Positions 34,389-43,759 are shown, counted from the first letter of the stretch. The stretch is 64,000 nt of DNA from Pseudomonadota bacterium (GCA_049323295.1 JBMOON010000017.1:258724-322723); one strand, 5' to 3'. The notes: generated by a model from the letters alone, not told the origin. Made by a program: numbers and translations.

Positions 34389-36110
34389 TCAGCGCATGAA
34401 CAGCAGGGCCAGCGTGACGGTCTGCGACAGCAACAGCAGCAGGGCGATGCCCTGCCAGACGCGCAGCGGATTGCGTACCAGCAGCGGCTTGTGCACGGCG
34501 GTGTCGCCGGCCGGGCGCAGCAGGGCGTCGGAGAATTCGGCGATGTCGCCGTAGCGCATCGCCGGTTCTGGATCGAGGGCCCGGCGCAGCACGTTGTCCA
34601 GCCAGGTCGGCACCAGCGGGTTGTATTGCGAGGCCGGCACCCACGCCAGGCGCTCGAAGCGCTGCTGCAGGTGGGCATCGGCCAGCCGTCCGCTCCAGGG
34701 CAGGCGACCGGCCAGCATTTCGTACAGCATCGCGGCCAGCGAGAACTGGTCGGCGCGTTCGCCGACCGCTCTCGGGTTCAGGGTGTTTTCCGGCGCCGCG
34801 TATTCGAGGGCGCCCACGCAGCCGTCGAGCTGGCGGTCGGCCAGGCCGGCAACGCGACACTGCCCGAGATCGATCAGCGTCGCCTGGCCGTTGCCGTCGA
34901 CCAGGATGTTTTCCGGCCGCACGTCGCGGTGCACCACGTCGCGGCGGTGCAGCGCGCGCAAGCCGGTGGCGAGTTGCCGCACCAGCTGGATCGCGTCGGT
35001 GACCGGCGCCTGCGGGAACTGTTTCATCCAGCCGCGCAGCGAGCGGCCGTCGACCGGTTCGGTGAGCACGTAGAGGGCGCTGCGCGGCTGCGGCGGCTCG
35101 GCCACCCGCGGCAGGCGCGGATGCCGCACGCGGCGCAACACCCAGGTTTCGGTGGCGTATTCCCGCCGCACCAGCTCGATGTCCTCGCAGCGCGGCGAGG
35201 GCGTCTTCATCACGTAGAGCGCGCCGCTCTGTTCGTCGCGCACGCGGTAGGCCTGGCTGCGCGGGCTTTCCGCCAGCACCTTTTCCACCCGCAGGCCGTC
35301 GAGTTTCTGCCCCGGCGACAGCAGCGGCGGAATCCGCAGTGCGTCCCAGGTGTCGACCAGTTCGTCGACCGCGGCGTCCGGCAGGGTGTCGATGCGCACG
35401 ATCACGCAGCTGAGGTTGTCGTCGCTGCCGGCCGCCGCCGCGGCATCGATCACCGCCGTGCACACCGCTTCCGGATCCGCGTCCGCCTGCAGCAGGCTGC
35501 GCAGGCGGTCGTCGGCGAGGAAATCGTGCACGCCGTCGGTGGTCAGCAGCCAGGTGTCGCCGGCTTCCAGCGGCAGGGCGCTGTAGTCGATGTCGATGCT
35601 GTGGTCGAGGCCCAGCGCGCGCGACAGCACGGGCTTGCCGTCGTCGAGCAGCACCCGGTGGTCGCGGGTGATGCGGTCCAGGCGACCGGCGCGCAGCCGG
35701 TACAGGCGCGAATCGCCGACGTGGAACACGTGCAGCTGCCGGCCGAGGAACACGCAGCCGGTGAAGGTGGTGACGTGCCCGCGCCGGGTGTCGCGCACCT
35801 GCAGGCCCTGGCCCAGCAGCCAGCGGTTGAGTGCATCGAGCACCTGGCCGCCGGCACGCCGCACGCCCCATTCGTCCGGCGTCGCGTAGTAGTCGCCGAG
35901 GAAGTTCTGCACGCTGGTTTCGGCGGCGATGCGTCCGGACTCGGCCGCACTGACGCCGTCGGCGACCGCGCAGGCGATGCCCTTGCGGGCGAGCGCGGTG
36001 CCGAACGGCACGCGCGCCCCGCAGGCATCCTGGTTCTCGCTGCGCAGGCCGCGCAGCGAGCGCTGGCCGAGCCGGATCGCCGGCACGATTTCCGCGCTGC
36101 TCATCGTCAT
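34389..36110 (-). CDS. fused PP2C-type phosphatase / Ser-Thr protein kinase with C-terminal membrane anchor
   Basis: The N-terminal PP2C part shows ENQDACG, ACAVADGVS and LLTTDGVHD. The kinase part shows ALYVMK, HRDVRPENILVD, DLG and APE. C-terminal TM helix WQGIALLLLLSQTVTLALLF. GGAG SD; the gene starts 22 nt after the narK stop. Confidence 0.9.
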   Translation of the reverse strand: MTMSSAEIVPAIRLGQRSLRGLRSENQDACGARVPFGTALARKGIACAVADGVSAAESGRIAAETSVQNFLGDYYATPDEWGVRRAGGQVLDALNRWLLGQGLQVRDTRRGHVTTFTGCVFLGRQLHVFHVGDSRLYRLRAGRLDRITRDHRVLLDDGKPVLSRALGLDHSIDIDYSALPLEAGDTWLLTTDGVHDFLADDRLRSLLQADADPEAVCTAVIDAAAAAGSDDNLSCVIVRIDTLPDAAVDELVDTWDALRIPPLLSPGQKLDGLRVEKVLAESPRSQAYRVRDEQSGALYVMKTPSPRCEDIELVRREYATETWVLRRVRHPRLPRVAEPPQPRSALYVLTEPVDGRSLRGWMKQFPQAPVTDAIQLVRQLATGLRALHRRDVVHRDVRPENILVDGNGQATLIDLGQCRVAGLADRQLDGCVGALEYAAPENTLNPRAVGERADQFSLAAMLYEMLAGRLPWSGRLADAHLQQRFERLAWVPASQYNPLVPTWLDNVLRRALDPEPAMRYGDIAEFSDALLRPAGDTAVHKPLLVRNPLRVWQGIALLLLLSQTVTLALLFMR

Positions 36111-36132
36111 TGCTCCGCGCCGCGACCGCGCA

Positions 36133-37596
36133 TCAGCGCACTTCGATCAGCTGCACGCTGCCGTCCGGCAGCTGCTCGGCCATGTGGCCTTCCGGTTCGG
36201 CGAGGAAGCGGGTGGCGACGAACGAGATTGCGGCGGTGGCGGCCAGCACGAGGAAGAAGGCCTGCACGCTGACGAAGGACAGCACGGTGAGGAACACCAC
36301 GCCGCCGACGTTGCCGTAGGCGCCGGCGAGACCGGCGATCTGCCCGGTCATGCGGCGCTGGATCAGCGGGATCACCGCGTACACGCCGCCGCAGGCTGCC
36401 TGCACGAAGAACGAGGTGATGAAGGTGATGACCAGCGCCACCGGCAGCGACAGATACGCCATCTGGCTCATCAGCAGATAGCCGACGGCGATGCCGCCCA
36501 GCTGGAACGAGAGCGCCTTGCGGCGGCCGATGCGGTCGCTCAGCCAGCCGCCGCCGGGGCGGGCGACGATGTTGGCCACCACGAAGCCGGCGGCGCTGAA
36601 GCCCGCCACCACCGGTCCGAGCGAGAACGTCTCCATGAAGAACAGCGGCAGCATGGAGACGACGGCGATTTCCGAACCGAACGAGGCGAGGTAGGCCAGC
36701 GACAGGATGCCGACCTGGCGGAAACGGTAGTTCTGCCACGCGGGCACGCCTTCGCGCAGGCGCGGTGCGTTGACCTGCCACATGCCCCAGGCCTGCGAGA
36801 CCGCCAGTGCCAGCACGGTCAGCGCGGCAACCCCGGTCCAGAACGGGGTCAGCAGTTTCAGCTGCAGCGGCGACAGTTTCCACACCAGCACCGCCAGCGC
36901 GATCCACAGCGGTAGCACGCACAGGTAGTAGAGCGCGAGGTCGCGCCAGCTGCTGACTTCCAGGCCGCCGGATTTTTTCGGCTTGAAATAGGTGGCGCCT
37001 TTCGGCGTGTTGCTCACGCCGCGGAAAAAGAAGAAGGCGTAGACGATGCAGATGAGCCCGGCGACCACCAGTGCGGCACGCCAGCCGCCCAGCGAGGCGA
37101 GGCCGACCGCGGTCAGCGGCAGCACCAGTGCGGCGGCGGCGGAACCGAAGTTGCCCCAGCCGCCGTAGATGCCTTCGGCGAGCCCGAGCTGCCGCGCCGG
37201 GAACCATTCGGCGATCAGCCGGATGCCGACCACGAAGCCGGCGCCGACGAAGCCGAGCAGGAAGCGGGCGATGGCCAGCTGTTCATAGGTCTGCGCCAGC
37301 GCGAAGCCGATGCAGAAGATGCCGCCCAGCACCAGGATCAGGCTGTAGGCGAAGCGCGGGCCCATGCGGTCGACCAGCATGCCGATCAGGATGCGCGCCG
37401 GAATGGTCAGCGCGACGTTGAGGATCAGCAGCGTCTTGACCTGCGCGTCGGTCAGCAGGAACTCCGCCTTGATGTAGGCCATCAGCGGCGCATGGCCGAA
37501 CCAGATGACGAAGGTCAGGAAAAAGGCGAACCAGGCGTAGTGCAGGGTGCGCACGCGCGCATCGCCCACGTGGTGCAGCGGAATGAAGGAGGACAT
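36133..37596 (-). CDS. narK: MFS nitrate/nitrite transporter (NarK/NasA-transporter type)
   Basis: 487 aa, about 12 TM helices, with a NarK-like N-terminal block (LHYAWFAFFLTFVIWFGHAPLM) and the Gly-rich NNP signature region GGWGNFG. Confidence 0.9.
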   Translation of the reverse strand: MSSFIPLHHVGDARVRTLHYAWFAFFLTFVIWFGHAPLMAYIKAEFLLTDAQVKTLLILNVALTIPARILIGMLVDRMGPRFAYSLILVLGGIFCIGFALAQTYEQLAIARFLLGFVGAGFVVGIRLIAEWFPARQLGLAEGIYGGWGNFGSAAAALVLPLTAVGLASLGGWRAALVVAGLICIVYAFFFFRGVSNTPKGATYFKPKKSGGLEVSSWRDLALYYLCVLPLWIALAVLVWKLSPLQLKLLTPFWTGVAALTVLALAVSQAWGMWQVNAPRLREGVPAWQNYRFRQVGILSLAYLASFGSEIAVVSMLPLFFMETFSLGPVVAGFSAAGFVVANIVARPGGGWLSDRIGRRKALSFQLGGIAVGYLLMSQMAYLSLPVALVITFITSFFVQAACGGVYAVIPLIQRRMTGQIAGLAGAYGNVGGVVFLTVLSFVSVQAFFLVLAATAAISFVATRFLAEPEGHMAEQLPDGSVQLIEVR

Positions 37597-37666
37597 GACG
37601 GTTTCCGGGTAGCGGGCCGTGTCGCGCGGCGGCGATGACGGCAGGGACGGCAGTAGCGTGTCCGTC

Positions 37667-37696
37667 GGCGTCCTCCACCCCGTTGCGGAGGGACGC
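37667..37696 (-). promoter_or_regulatory. GC-rich leader hairpin about 70 nt upstream of narK, related to the nrtA/nirB leader hairpins
   Basis: In mRNA sense the sequence is GCGTCCCTCC-GCAACGGGGT-GGAGGACGCC. It shares GCGTCC(C)TCCG and the GCAACGG loop motif with the nrtA leader, but has no U-tract. Confidence 0.4.
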
Positions 37697-37806
37697 GTAT
37701 CGGTACCGGGTCTGTTTCAAGAAGCGGGCCAACTGCACCGGACAGAGGCGGCGCCGCGTGAAATGAGCACTGCTTGTGCAATCAGGATCGCCGGCGCCGG
37801 TTTTTT

Positions 37807-37836
37807 TGCACCCGCAAGGTGCACCGCGGGGGTGCG
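37807..37836. promoter_or_regulatory. tandem overlapping NtrC-type enhancer sites
   Basis: TGCACC-CGCAA-GGTGCA (37807-37823) is an exact match to TGCACC-N5-GGTGCA. It overlaps TGCACC-GCGGG-GGTGCg (37820-37836). The sites are about 130 bp upstream of the sigma-54 promoter at 37952. Confidence 0.7.
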
Positions 37837-37951
37837 CCGGGAATTTTGTGGTGCGTGACCGGGCATCCGGACCGCGGCGGCGGCCCGGATACCGTGCTTG
37901 CGCCCCCGGCACGGTGCGGGTCGGCAGGCCGGAAGGCGTTTTTCCGGGCGT

Positions 37952-37967
37952 TGGCACAGGGGTTGCA
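37952..37967 (+). promoter_or_regulatory. sigma-54 (-24/-12) promoter of nirBD-nasA
   Basis: TGGCAC-AGGGG-TTGCA is an exact consensus match, about 95 nt upstream of the nirB ATG. Confidence 0.8.
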
Positions 37968-37986
37968 ACGTACAGGGCGAGACGAA

Positions 37987-38021
37987 GGCGTCCTCCGGTT
38001 TTTCCGGGGACGCCTTTTTTT
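37987..38021 (+). terminator. leader (attenuator) intrinsic terminator in the nirB 5' UTR
   Basis: GGCGTCC-T-CCGG-TTTTT-CCGG-GGACGCC followed by T7. It sits immediately downstream of the predicted sigma-54 start site and 39 nt before nirB. Its 5' arm, GGCGTCCTCCGG, is identical to that of the nrtA leader terminator. Confidence 0.8.
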
Positions 38022-38059
38022 GTTTACGCACAGCGTCGGAACGACGGTCGAGGTGAAGT

Positions 38060-40594
38060 ATGGGCAGGCAGAACCTGGTGGTGATCGGCAACGGCATGGT
38101 CGGCCACAAGTTCCTGGAGGCGATCACGGAGCAGGGTGGCGATTTCGCCATCACCGTCTTCTGCGAGGAGCCGCGCGCGGCCTACGACCGCGTGCACCTG
38201 ACGGAGTACTTCTCCGGCCGGTCGGCGGCGGACCTGTCGCTGGTCGGCGACGGCTTCTTCGATACCCACGGCATCCGGACGCTGCTCGGCGTGCGCGCGG
38301 TTGCCATCGACCGCGAGGCGAAGACGATCACCGGCAGCGACGGCAGCACGGTGCCCTACGACGTGCTGGTGCTGGCCACCGGTTCCTATCCGTTCGTGCC
38401 GCCGGTGCCGGGCAACGACCGGGCGCACATCCATGTCTACCGCACCATCGAGGACCTGGATGCCATCCGCACCTCGGCCGGCGAAAGCCGCATCGGCACC
38501 GTGATCGGCGGCGGCCTGCTGGGTCTGGAAGCGGCGAAGGCGCTGCGCGACCTGGGTCTGGAAACGCACGTGGTCGAATTCGCGCCGCGGTTGATGGCGG
38601 TGCAGGTGGACGACGGCGGCGGCACCATGCTGCGTCGCAAGATCGAATCGCTGGGCGTGTTCGTGCACACCAACCGCAGCACGAAGGACATCGTCGACGG
38701 CGAGGCGCACCGCCACCGCCTGAATTTCGCCGACGGCACCGTGCTGGAAACCGACATGCTGGTCTTCTCGGCGGGCATCCGGCCGCAGGACGCGCTGGCG
38801 AAGGCCGCCGGCATCGAAACCGGCCCGCGCGGCGGCATCGTGGTCAACGACCAGTGCCGCACCACCGATCCGTCGATCTACGCGATCGGCGAGTGCGCGC
38901 TGTGGAACGGCCGCATCTTCGGTCTGGTCGCCCCGGGCTACGACATGGCCAAGGCCGCCGCGCAGCAGATCTGCGCGAAGGCCGAGGCGCTGGAGTTCAA
39001 GGGCGCCGACATGTCCACCAAGCTGAAACTGATGGGCGTCGACGTGGCCAGCCTCGGCGACGCGCACGGCGCCACCGCCGGCGCCCGTTCGTACGTCTAC
39101 ATCAACGAACCGGCCGGCGTGTACAAGAAGATCGTCGTCAGCGAGGACAACAAGAAGCTGCTCGGCGGCGTGCTGGTCGGCGAAGCCAACGACTACGGCA
39201 CCCTGCTGCAGGTGATGCTCAACGGCATCGCGCTGCCGGCCAACCCGGAATCGATGATCCTGCCGGCCTCCGACGGCAAGGGCAGCGCCGGCATCGGCGT
39301 CGACGCGCTGCCGGAGACGGCACAGATCTGCTCCTGCAACGCCGTCAGCAAGCGCGAGCTGTGCAAGGCGGTCAACGACGGTGCCCACACCGTCGCCCAG
39401 CTGAAGGCCTGCACCAAGGCCGGCACTACCTGCGGCGGCTGCGTCCCGCTGGTCACGCAGGTGATGAACAGCGAGCTGAAGAAGATCGGCGTCGAGGTGC
39501 GCAAGGACCTCTGCGAACACTTTGCCTACAGCCGCCAGGATCTCTACAACCTGGTGCGTGTCGGCAAGCTGAAGACCTTCGACGAGGTGCGCAACAAGCA
39601 CGGCGTCGGCCTCGGCTGCGACGTCTGCAAGCCGGCCATTGCCTCCATCCTCGCGTCCTGCTGGAACGATTTCGTCCTGAAGGACGAGCACGCGCACCTG
39701 CAGGATTCCAACGACCACGTGCTGGCCAACATCCAGAAGGACGGCACCTACTCGATCGTGCCGCGCATTCCCGGCGGCGAGATCACCCCGGACAAGCTGA
39801 TCGTCATCGGCGAGGTGGCGAAAAAGTACGATCTCTACACCAAGATCACCGGCGGCCAGCGCATCGACCTGTTCGGCGCCCGCCTGGAGCAGCTGCCGGC
39901 GATCTGGGAAGAACTGATCGCCGCCGGCATGGAATCCGGCCATGCCTACGGCAAGTCGCTGCGCACGGTGAAGAGCTGCGTCGGCAGCACCTGGTGCCGC
40001 TACGGCGTGCAGGACTCGGTCGGCATGGCGATCCTGGTCGAGAACCGCTACAAGGGCCTGCGCTCGCCGCACAAACTGAAGATGGCGGTTTCCGGCTGCA
40101 CCCGCGAGTGTGCGGAGGCGCAGTCCAAGGACGTGGGCGTGATCGCCACCGAGAAGGGCTGGAACCTGTATGTCTGCGGCAACGGCGGCATGAAACCGCG
40201 CCATGCCGAACTGCTGGCGGGCGATCTCGACGACGTCACGCTGATCCGCTACATCGACCGTTTCCTGATGTTCTACATCCGCACCGCCGACCGCCTGCAG
40301 CGCACCAGCACCTGGCGCGACAACATGGAAGGCGGCCTGCAGTACCTGAAGGACGTGATCGTCAACGACACGCTGGGCCTCGGCGCCGAGCTGGAAGCCG
40401 AGATGGCGCACGTGGTCGGCACCTACCAGTGCGAGTGGAAGTCGACGGTGGAGGATCCGGTCAGGCGCGCCCGCTTCCGTGCCTTCGTCAACGCCGACGG
40501 CCAGGACGAGAACGTGGTGTTCGTCCGCGAGCGCGGCCAGATCCGGCCGGCCACCCCGGAAGAAAAATCCACCCGGCAACCCGAGAACGTGTAA
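38060..40594 (+). CDS. nirB: NAD(P)H-dependent assimilatory nitrite reductase, large subunit
   Basis: 844 aa. FAD/NAD fold (NLVVIGNGMVGHKF, IGGGLLGLEAA), BFD-like 2Fe-2S motifs (ICSCNAVS...CGGC), and the siroheme/4Fe-4S region (SCVGSTWCRYG...AVSGCTRECAEA). Confidence 0.96.
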   Translation: MGRQNLVVIGNGMVGHKFLEAITEQGGDFAITVFCEEPRAAYDRVHLTEYFSGRSAADLSLVGDGFFDTHGIRTLLGVRAVAIDREAKTITGSDGSTVPYDVLVLATGSYPFVPPVPGNDRAHIHVYRTIEDLDAIRTSAGESRIGTVIGGGLLGLEAAKALRDLGLETHVVEFAPRLMAVQVDDGGGTMLRRKIESLGVFVHTNRSTKDIVDGEAHRHRLNFADGTVLETDMLVFSAGIRPQDALAKAAGIETGPRGGIVVNDQCRTTDPSIYAIGECALWNGRIFGLVAPGYDMAKAAAQQICAKAEALEFKGADMSTKLKLMGVDVASLGDAHGATAGARSYVYINEPAGVYKKIVVSEDNKKLLGGVLVGEANDYGTLLQVMLNGIALPANPESMILPASDGKGSAGIGVDALPETAQICSCNAVSKRELCKAVNDGAHTVAQLKACTKAGTTCGGCVPLVTQVMNSELKKIGVEVRKDLCEHFAYSRQDLYNLVRVGKLKTFDEVRNKHGVGLGCDVCKPAIASILASCWNDFVLKDEHAHLQDSNDHVLANIQKDGTYSIVPRIPGGEITPDKLIVIGEVAKKYDLYTKITGGQRIDLFGARLEQLPAIWEELIAAGMESGHAYGKSLRTVKSCVGSTWCRYGVQDSVGMAILVENRYKGLRSPHKLKMAVSGCTRECAEAQSKDVGVIATEKGWNLYVCGNGGMKPRHAELLAGDLDDVTLIRYIDRFLMFYIRTADRLQRTSTWRDNMEGGLQYLKDVIVNDTLGLGAELEAEMAHVVGTYQCEWKSTVEDPVRRARFRAFVNADGQDENVVFVRERGQIRPATPEEKSTRQPENV

Positions 40595-40605
40595 GGAGAT
40601 CGCCC

Positions 40606-40977
40606 GTGAAAACCAACGGCATGCAGTTCATTCCGGTGTGCAGCATCGGCGATCTCGTTCCCTGCCGCGGCGCCGCCGCGCTGGTCGGCGGCAGGCAGGT
40701 GGCGCTGTTCCGCCTGCCGCAGGGCTCGATCTACGCCATCGGCAACCACGATCCGTTCAGCGGCGCCAACGTGCTCTCGCGCGGCATCGTCGGTGACCTG
40801 AAGGGCGAACTGGTGGTGGCGTCGCCGATCTACAAGCAGCATTTCAGTCTGGTCAGCGGCCGCTGCCTCGAGGACGAAACGGTCAGCGTGCCGGTGTATC
40901 CGGTGCGCACGCTGAAGAACGTCGTCGAGATCGGCAGCGAACCGCTGGTGATCGAAGCGGCCGTCGCGAGTGCCTGA
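40606..40977 (+). CDS. nirD: nitrite reductase small subunit
   Basis: FIPVCSIGDLVPCRGAAALVGGRQVALFRL...AIGNHDPFSGANVLSRGIVGD...SPIYKQHFSL is NirD-like. GTG 40606 has AAGGAG 7 nt upstream (ATG 40621 is an alternative). The track buries it at the end of a 1067-aa artefact ORF. Confidence 0.9.
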   Translation: MKTNGMQFIPVCSIGDLVPCRGAAALVGGRQVALFRLPQGSIYAIGNHDPFSGANVLSRGIVGDLKGELVVASPIYKQHFSLVSGRCLEDETVSVPVYPVRTLKNVVEIGSEPLVIEAAVASA

Positions 40978-40978
40978 G

Positions 40979-43747
40979 ATGGCCGACGGCAGTTCGTCCG
41001 CTCCGTCTCCGGCCGGCGCTGCGGCGCGGCAGACCACCTGCGCCTACTGCGGGGTCGGCTGCGGCATCGCCGCCGAGGTGAAAAGCCGCGAGGGCCGCAG
41101 CGTGCTGGTGGCCGGCGACCTGTCGCATCCGGCGAACATCGGCCGGCTCTGTGCCAAGGGCACGGCGCTGGGCGAGACGCTGGGCGCCGACGGCCGCCTG
41201 CTGCGGCCGCAGGTGCGCGGTGCCGACGGCGTGCTGCGTGCTGCGTTCTGGGGCGAGGCGCTGGACCGTGTCGCGTCGACGCTGAAGAAAATCCGCGACG
41301 AGCACGGTCCGGACGCGATCGCCTTCTACGTCTCCGGCCAGCTCCTGACCGAGGACTACTACGTTGCCAACAAGTTCGTGAAGGGCTTCGTAGGCACCGG
41401 CAACATCGATACCAACTCCCGGCTGTGCATGGCCTCGACGGTGGTGGCGCAGCAGCGTGCCTTCGGCGAGGACGCGGTGCCCGGCTGCTACGAGGATCTC
41501 GAGGAAGCCGACCTGATCGTGCTGTCGGGTTCCAACACCGCCTGGTGCCACCCGGTGCTGTACCAGCGCATCAAGGCGGCGAAGGCGGCGCGCGGTACGA
41601 AGATCGTGGTGCTCGATCCGCGCCGCACCGCCACCTGCGAGATTGCCGACCTGCATCTGCCGATCCGCGCCGGCACTGACGCCGCGGTGTTCAACGGTCT
41701 GCTGGCCTTCCTCGCCGACCGTGGTGCACTCGATGCCATTTTCGTCGCCCGCCACACCGCCGGTTTCGACGCCGCACTGGCGGCAGCGCGCGCCGATGCC
41801 GGTGCCGTCGACGCGCAGGGCATCGATGCGCTGGCCGCCCGCTGCGGCGTGAGCGGCGACGACCTGTTCCGTTTCTACCGCTGGTTCGCCGAGACGCCGC
41901 GCACCGTCAGCTGCTGGTCGCAGGGCGTGAACCAGTCCAGCGGCGGCACCGACAAGGTCAACGCGATCATCAACTGCCATCTCGCCACCGGCCGCATCGG
42001 CAAGCCGGGCGCCGCGCCGCTGTCGCTCACCGGCCAGCCGAATGCGATGGGCGGCCGCGAAGTCGGCGGTCTGGCGACGCAGCTCGCGGCGCACCTGCCG
42101 TTCGACGATCATGCGGCACGCGCGCAGGTGGCGCGTTTCTGGCAGGCGCCGGCGCTGGCCACCGACAAGGGCCTGAAGGCCGTCGACCTGTTCGCGGCGG
42201 TGGCGGCCGGCAAAGTGAAATTCCTCTGGATCATGGGCACCAATCCGGCGGTCAGCATGCCGGATGCCGAACGGGTCCGCGCGGCGATCGCCGGCTGCGA
42301 GTTCGTCGTGGTGTCCGACTGTGTCGACGACACCGACACCCTGCGCCACGCGCACGTCGCGCTGCCGGCGCATGCCTGGGGCGAGAAGGACGGCACGGTC
42401 ACCAATTCCGAACGGCGCATTTCCCGCCAGCGCGCGCTGGTGGCGCCGGTGGGGGAAGCGAAGCCCGACTGGTGGGCGGTGGCGCAGGTCGCGCGCCGTC
42501 TCGGCTACGTGAAGGCCTTCGACTACGACGGCCCGGCGGCGATCTTCCGCGAACACGCGACGCTTTCGGCGCTGGTGAATCCGGAATCCAGCCAGCGCCG
42601 TTTCGATCTCGGCGCGCTGTCGGCGATCGACGCCGCGACCTATGAAAACCTGACGCCGTTCCAGTGGCCGTGGCGTGCCGGCAGCCAGCCGGCGCAGCGC
42701 CTGTTCGGCGACGGCCGGTTCGCGCACCGCGACGGCCGCGCGCGTTTCATTGCCATTGCCACGCACGCGCCATGCCATGCCGTCGGCACTGCTTTCCCGT
42801 TCGTGCTCAATACCGGTCGCGTGCGCGACCAGTGGCACACCATGACGCGTACCGGCACGGTGCCGCGGCTCAACCGGCACCGTGACGAGCCGTTCGTGGA
42901 AGTGCATCCCGACGATGCCGTCCGCACCGGCGTCGTCGACGGCGGGCTGGCGCGGGTGGAGACGGCCCACGCCGCGGCCGTGCTGCGCGTGCAGGTCACG
43001 GACAGCCAGCATTCCGGTGCGCTGTTCGTGCCGATGCACTGGACGCGCGTGCTCACCGCCGGCGGTATTGCCGGTGCGTTGCCGAATCCGGCGGTCGATC
43101 CCTGGTCGGGGCAACCGGAACTGAAACACACGCCGGCGCGCATCGCGCCGGTCACCGCCGCCGCGACGGCCGTGGTGCTGTCGCGCGCGCCGCTGGCGGT
43201 TCCGGAGACGGCGCTGTACGCGGTGCGGCAGCGCACGCGCGAAGGCTGGCGCCTGCAGGTGGCGGCGGCGGAAAAACCGGCGTCGCTCACGGCCTGGCTG
43301 CGCAGCCTGATGCCGGAGGAACTGCGTGCGCCGGAACAGGGTGGCGAGTGGCAGCAGGCGGAAAGCGGTGCCCGCAGCGTGCTGCTCAACCTGCGCGACG
43401 GTTTCGTGCAGGCGGTGGCGGTGGCAGCGCCGGGCGGCACGGTCGACGAGGTGGCCGCGCAGCGCCTGATCGCCACGCCGCTGCCGTCCGACGACGATCG
43501 CGCCTTGCTGTTTTCCGGGCTGCCGCAACCGTCGCCCGGCCGCGTCGTCTGCGCCTGTTTAGAAGTCACCGACGAAACGCTGCGCACGGCAGCGCCGGGC
43601 TGCGCCGATGTCGAGGCGCTGTGCAGCGCCACGCGTGCCGGCACGCGCTGCGGTACCTGCATTCCGGAACTGGGTGTGTTTGTCGGCAGCTCGTCCGCGG
43701 CGTGTTCCGGCGACGCGCGGCGGATTCCGCTGCGCGCCGAAACCTGA
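40979..43747 (+). CDS. nasA: assimilatory nitrate reductase catalytic subunit (molybdopterin oxidoreductase with C-terminal BFD-like 2Fe-2S domain)
   Basis: N-terminal 4Fe-4S motif CAYCGVGCG...RLC, Mo-bisMGD domains (GQPNAMGGREVGG, VSDCVDDTDT) and a C-terminal VCACLEVTDE...CGTC. The ATG 40979 begins 2 nt after the nirD stop (40975-40977). Confidence 0.95.
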   Translation: MADGSSSAPSPAGAAARQTTCAYCGVGCGIAAEVKSREGRSVLVAGDLSHPANIGRLCAKGTALGETLGADGRLLRPQVRGADGVLRAAFWGEALDRVASTLKKIRDEHGPDAIAFYVSGQLLTEDYYVANKFVKGFVGTGNIDTNSRLCMASTVVAQQRAFGEDAVPGCYEDLEEADLIVLSGSNTAWCHPVLYQRIKAAKAARGTKIVVLDPRRTATCEIADLHLPIRAGTDAAVFNGLLAFLADRGALDAIFVARHTAGFDAALAAARADAGAVDAQGIDALAARCGVSGDDLFRFYRWFAETPRTVSCWSQGVNQSSGGTDKVNAIINCHLATGRIGKPGAAPLSLTGQPNAMGGREVGGLATQLAAHLPFDDHAARAQVARFWQAPALATDKGLKAVDLFAAVAAGKVKFLWIMGTNPAVSMPDAERVRAAIAGCEFVVVSDCVDDTDTLRHAHVALPAHAWGEKDGTVTNSERRISRQRALVAPVGEAKPDWWAVAQVARRLGYVKAFDYDGPAAIFREHATLSALVNPESSQRRFDLGALSAIDAATYENLTPFQWPWRAGSQPAQRLFGDGRFAHRDGRARFIAIATHAPCHAVGTAFPFVLNTGRVRDQWHTMTRTGTVPRLNRHRDEPFVEVHPDDAVRTGVVDGGLARVETAHAAAVLRVQVTDSQHSGALFVPMHWTRVLTAGGIAGALPNPAVDPWSGQPELKHTPARIAPVTAAATAVVLSRAPLAVPETALYAVRQRTREGWRLQVAAAEKPASLTAWLRSLMPEELRAPEQGGEWQQAESGARSVLLNLRDGFVQAVAVAAPGGTVDEVAAQRLIATPLPSDDDRALLFSGLPQPSPGRVVCACLEVTDETLRTAAPGCADVEALCSATRAGTRCGTCIPELGVFVGSSSAACSGDARRIPLRAET

Positions 43748-43759
43748 GGCGCCGGCGTT

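Noticed and set aside
37697-37735. A minus-strand sigma-54 promoter for narK (TGGCCC-N5-TTGAA, and a second candidate near 37781-37799).
   Set aside because: The invariant GC of the -12 element is missing in one candidate, and the GG-to-GC spacing is off by one in the other. The narK promoter remains unidentified.
37764-37808. A sigma-54-like element (gAGCAC-N5-gTGCA) followed by the palindrome CCGGCGCCGG and a T7 run on the plus strand.
   Set aside because: Both the -24 and -12 elements are mismatched at conserved positions. The palindrome can form only a 3-4 bp stem. The T-run merges into the NtrC site (TTTTTTTGCACC), so this is probably coincidental.
37774-40977. A 1067-aa ORF spanning the nirB region.
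   Set aside because: It is out of frame with nirB for most of its length and reads as Arg/Gly/Pro junk. Only its last roughly 123 codons (from GTG 40606, behind AAGGAG) are real, and these encode NirD.
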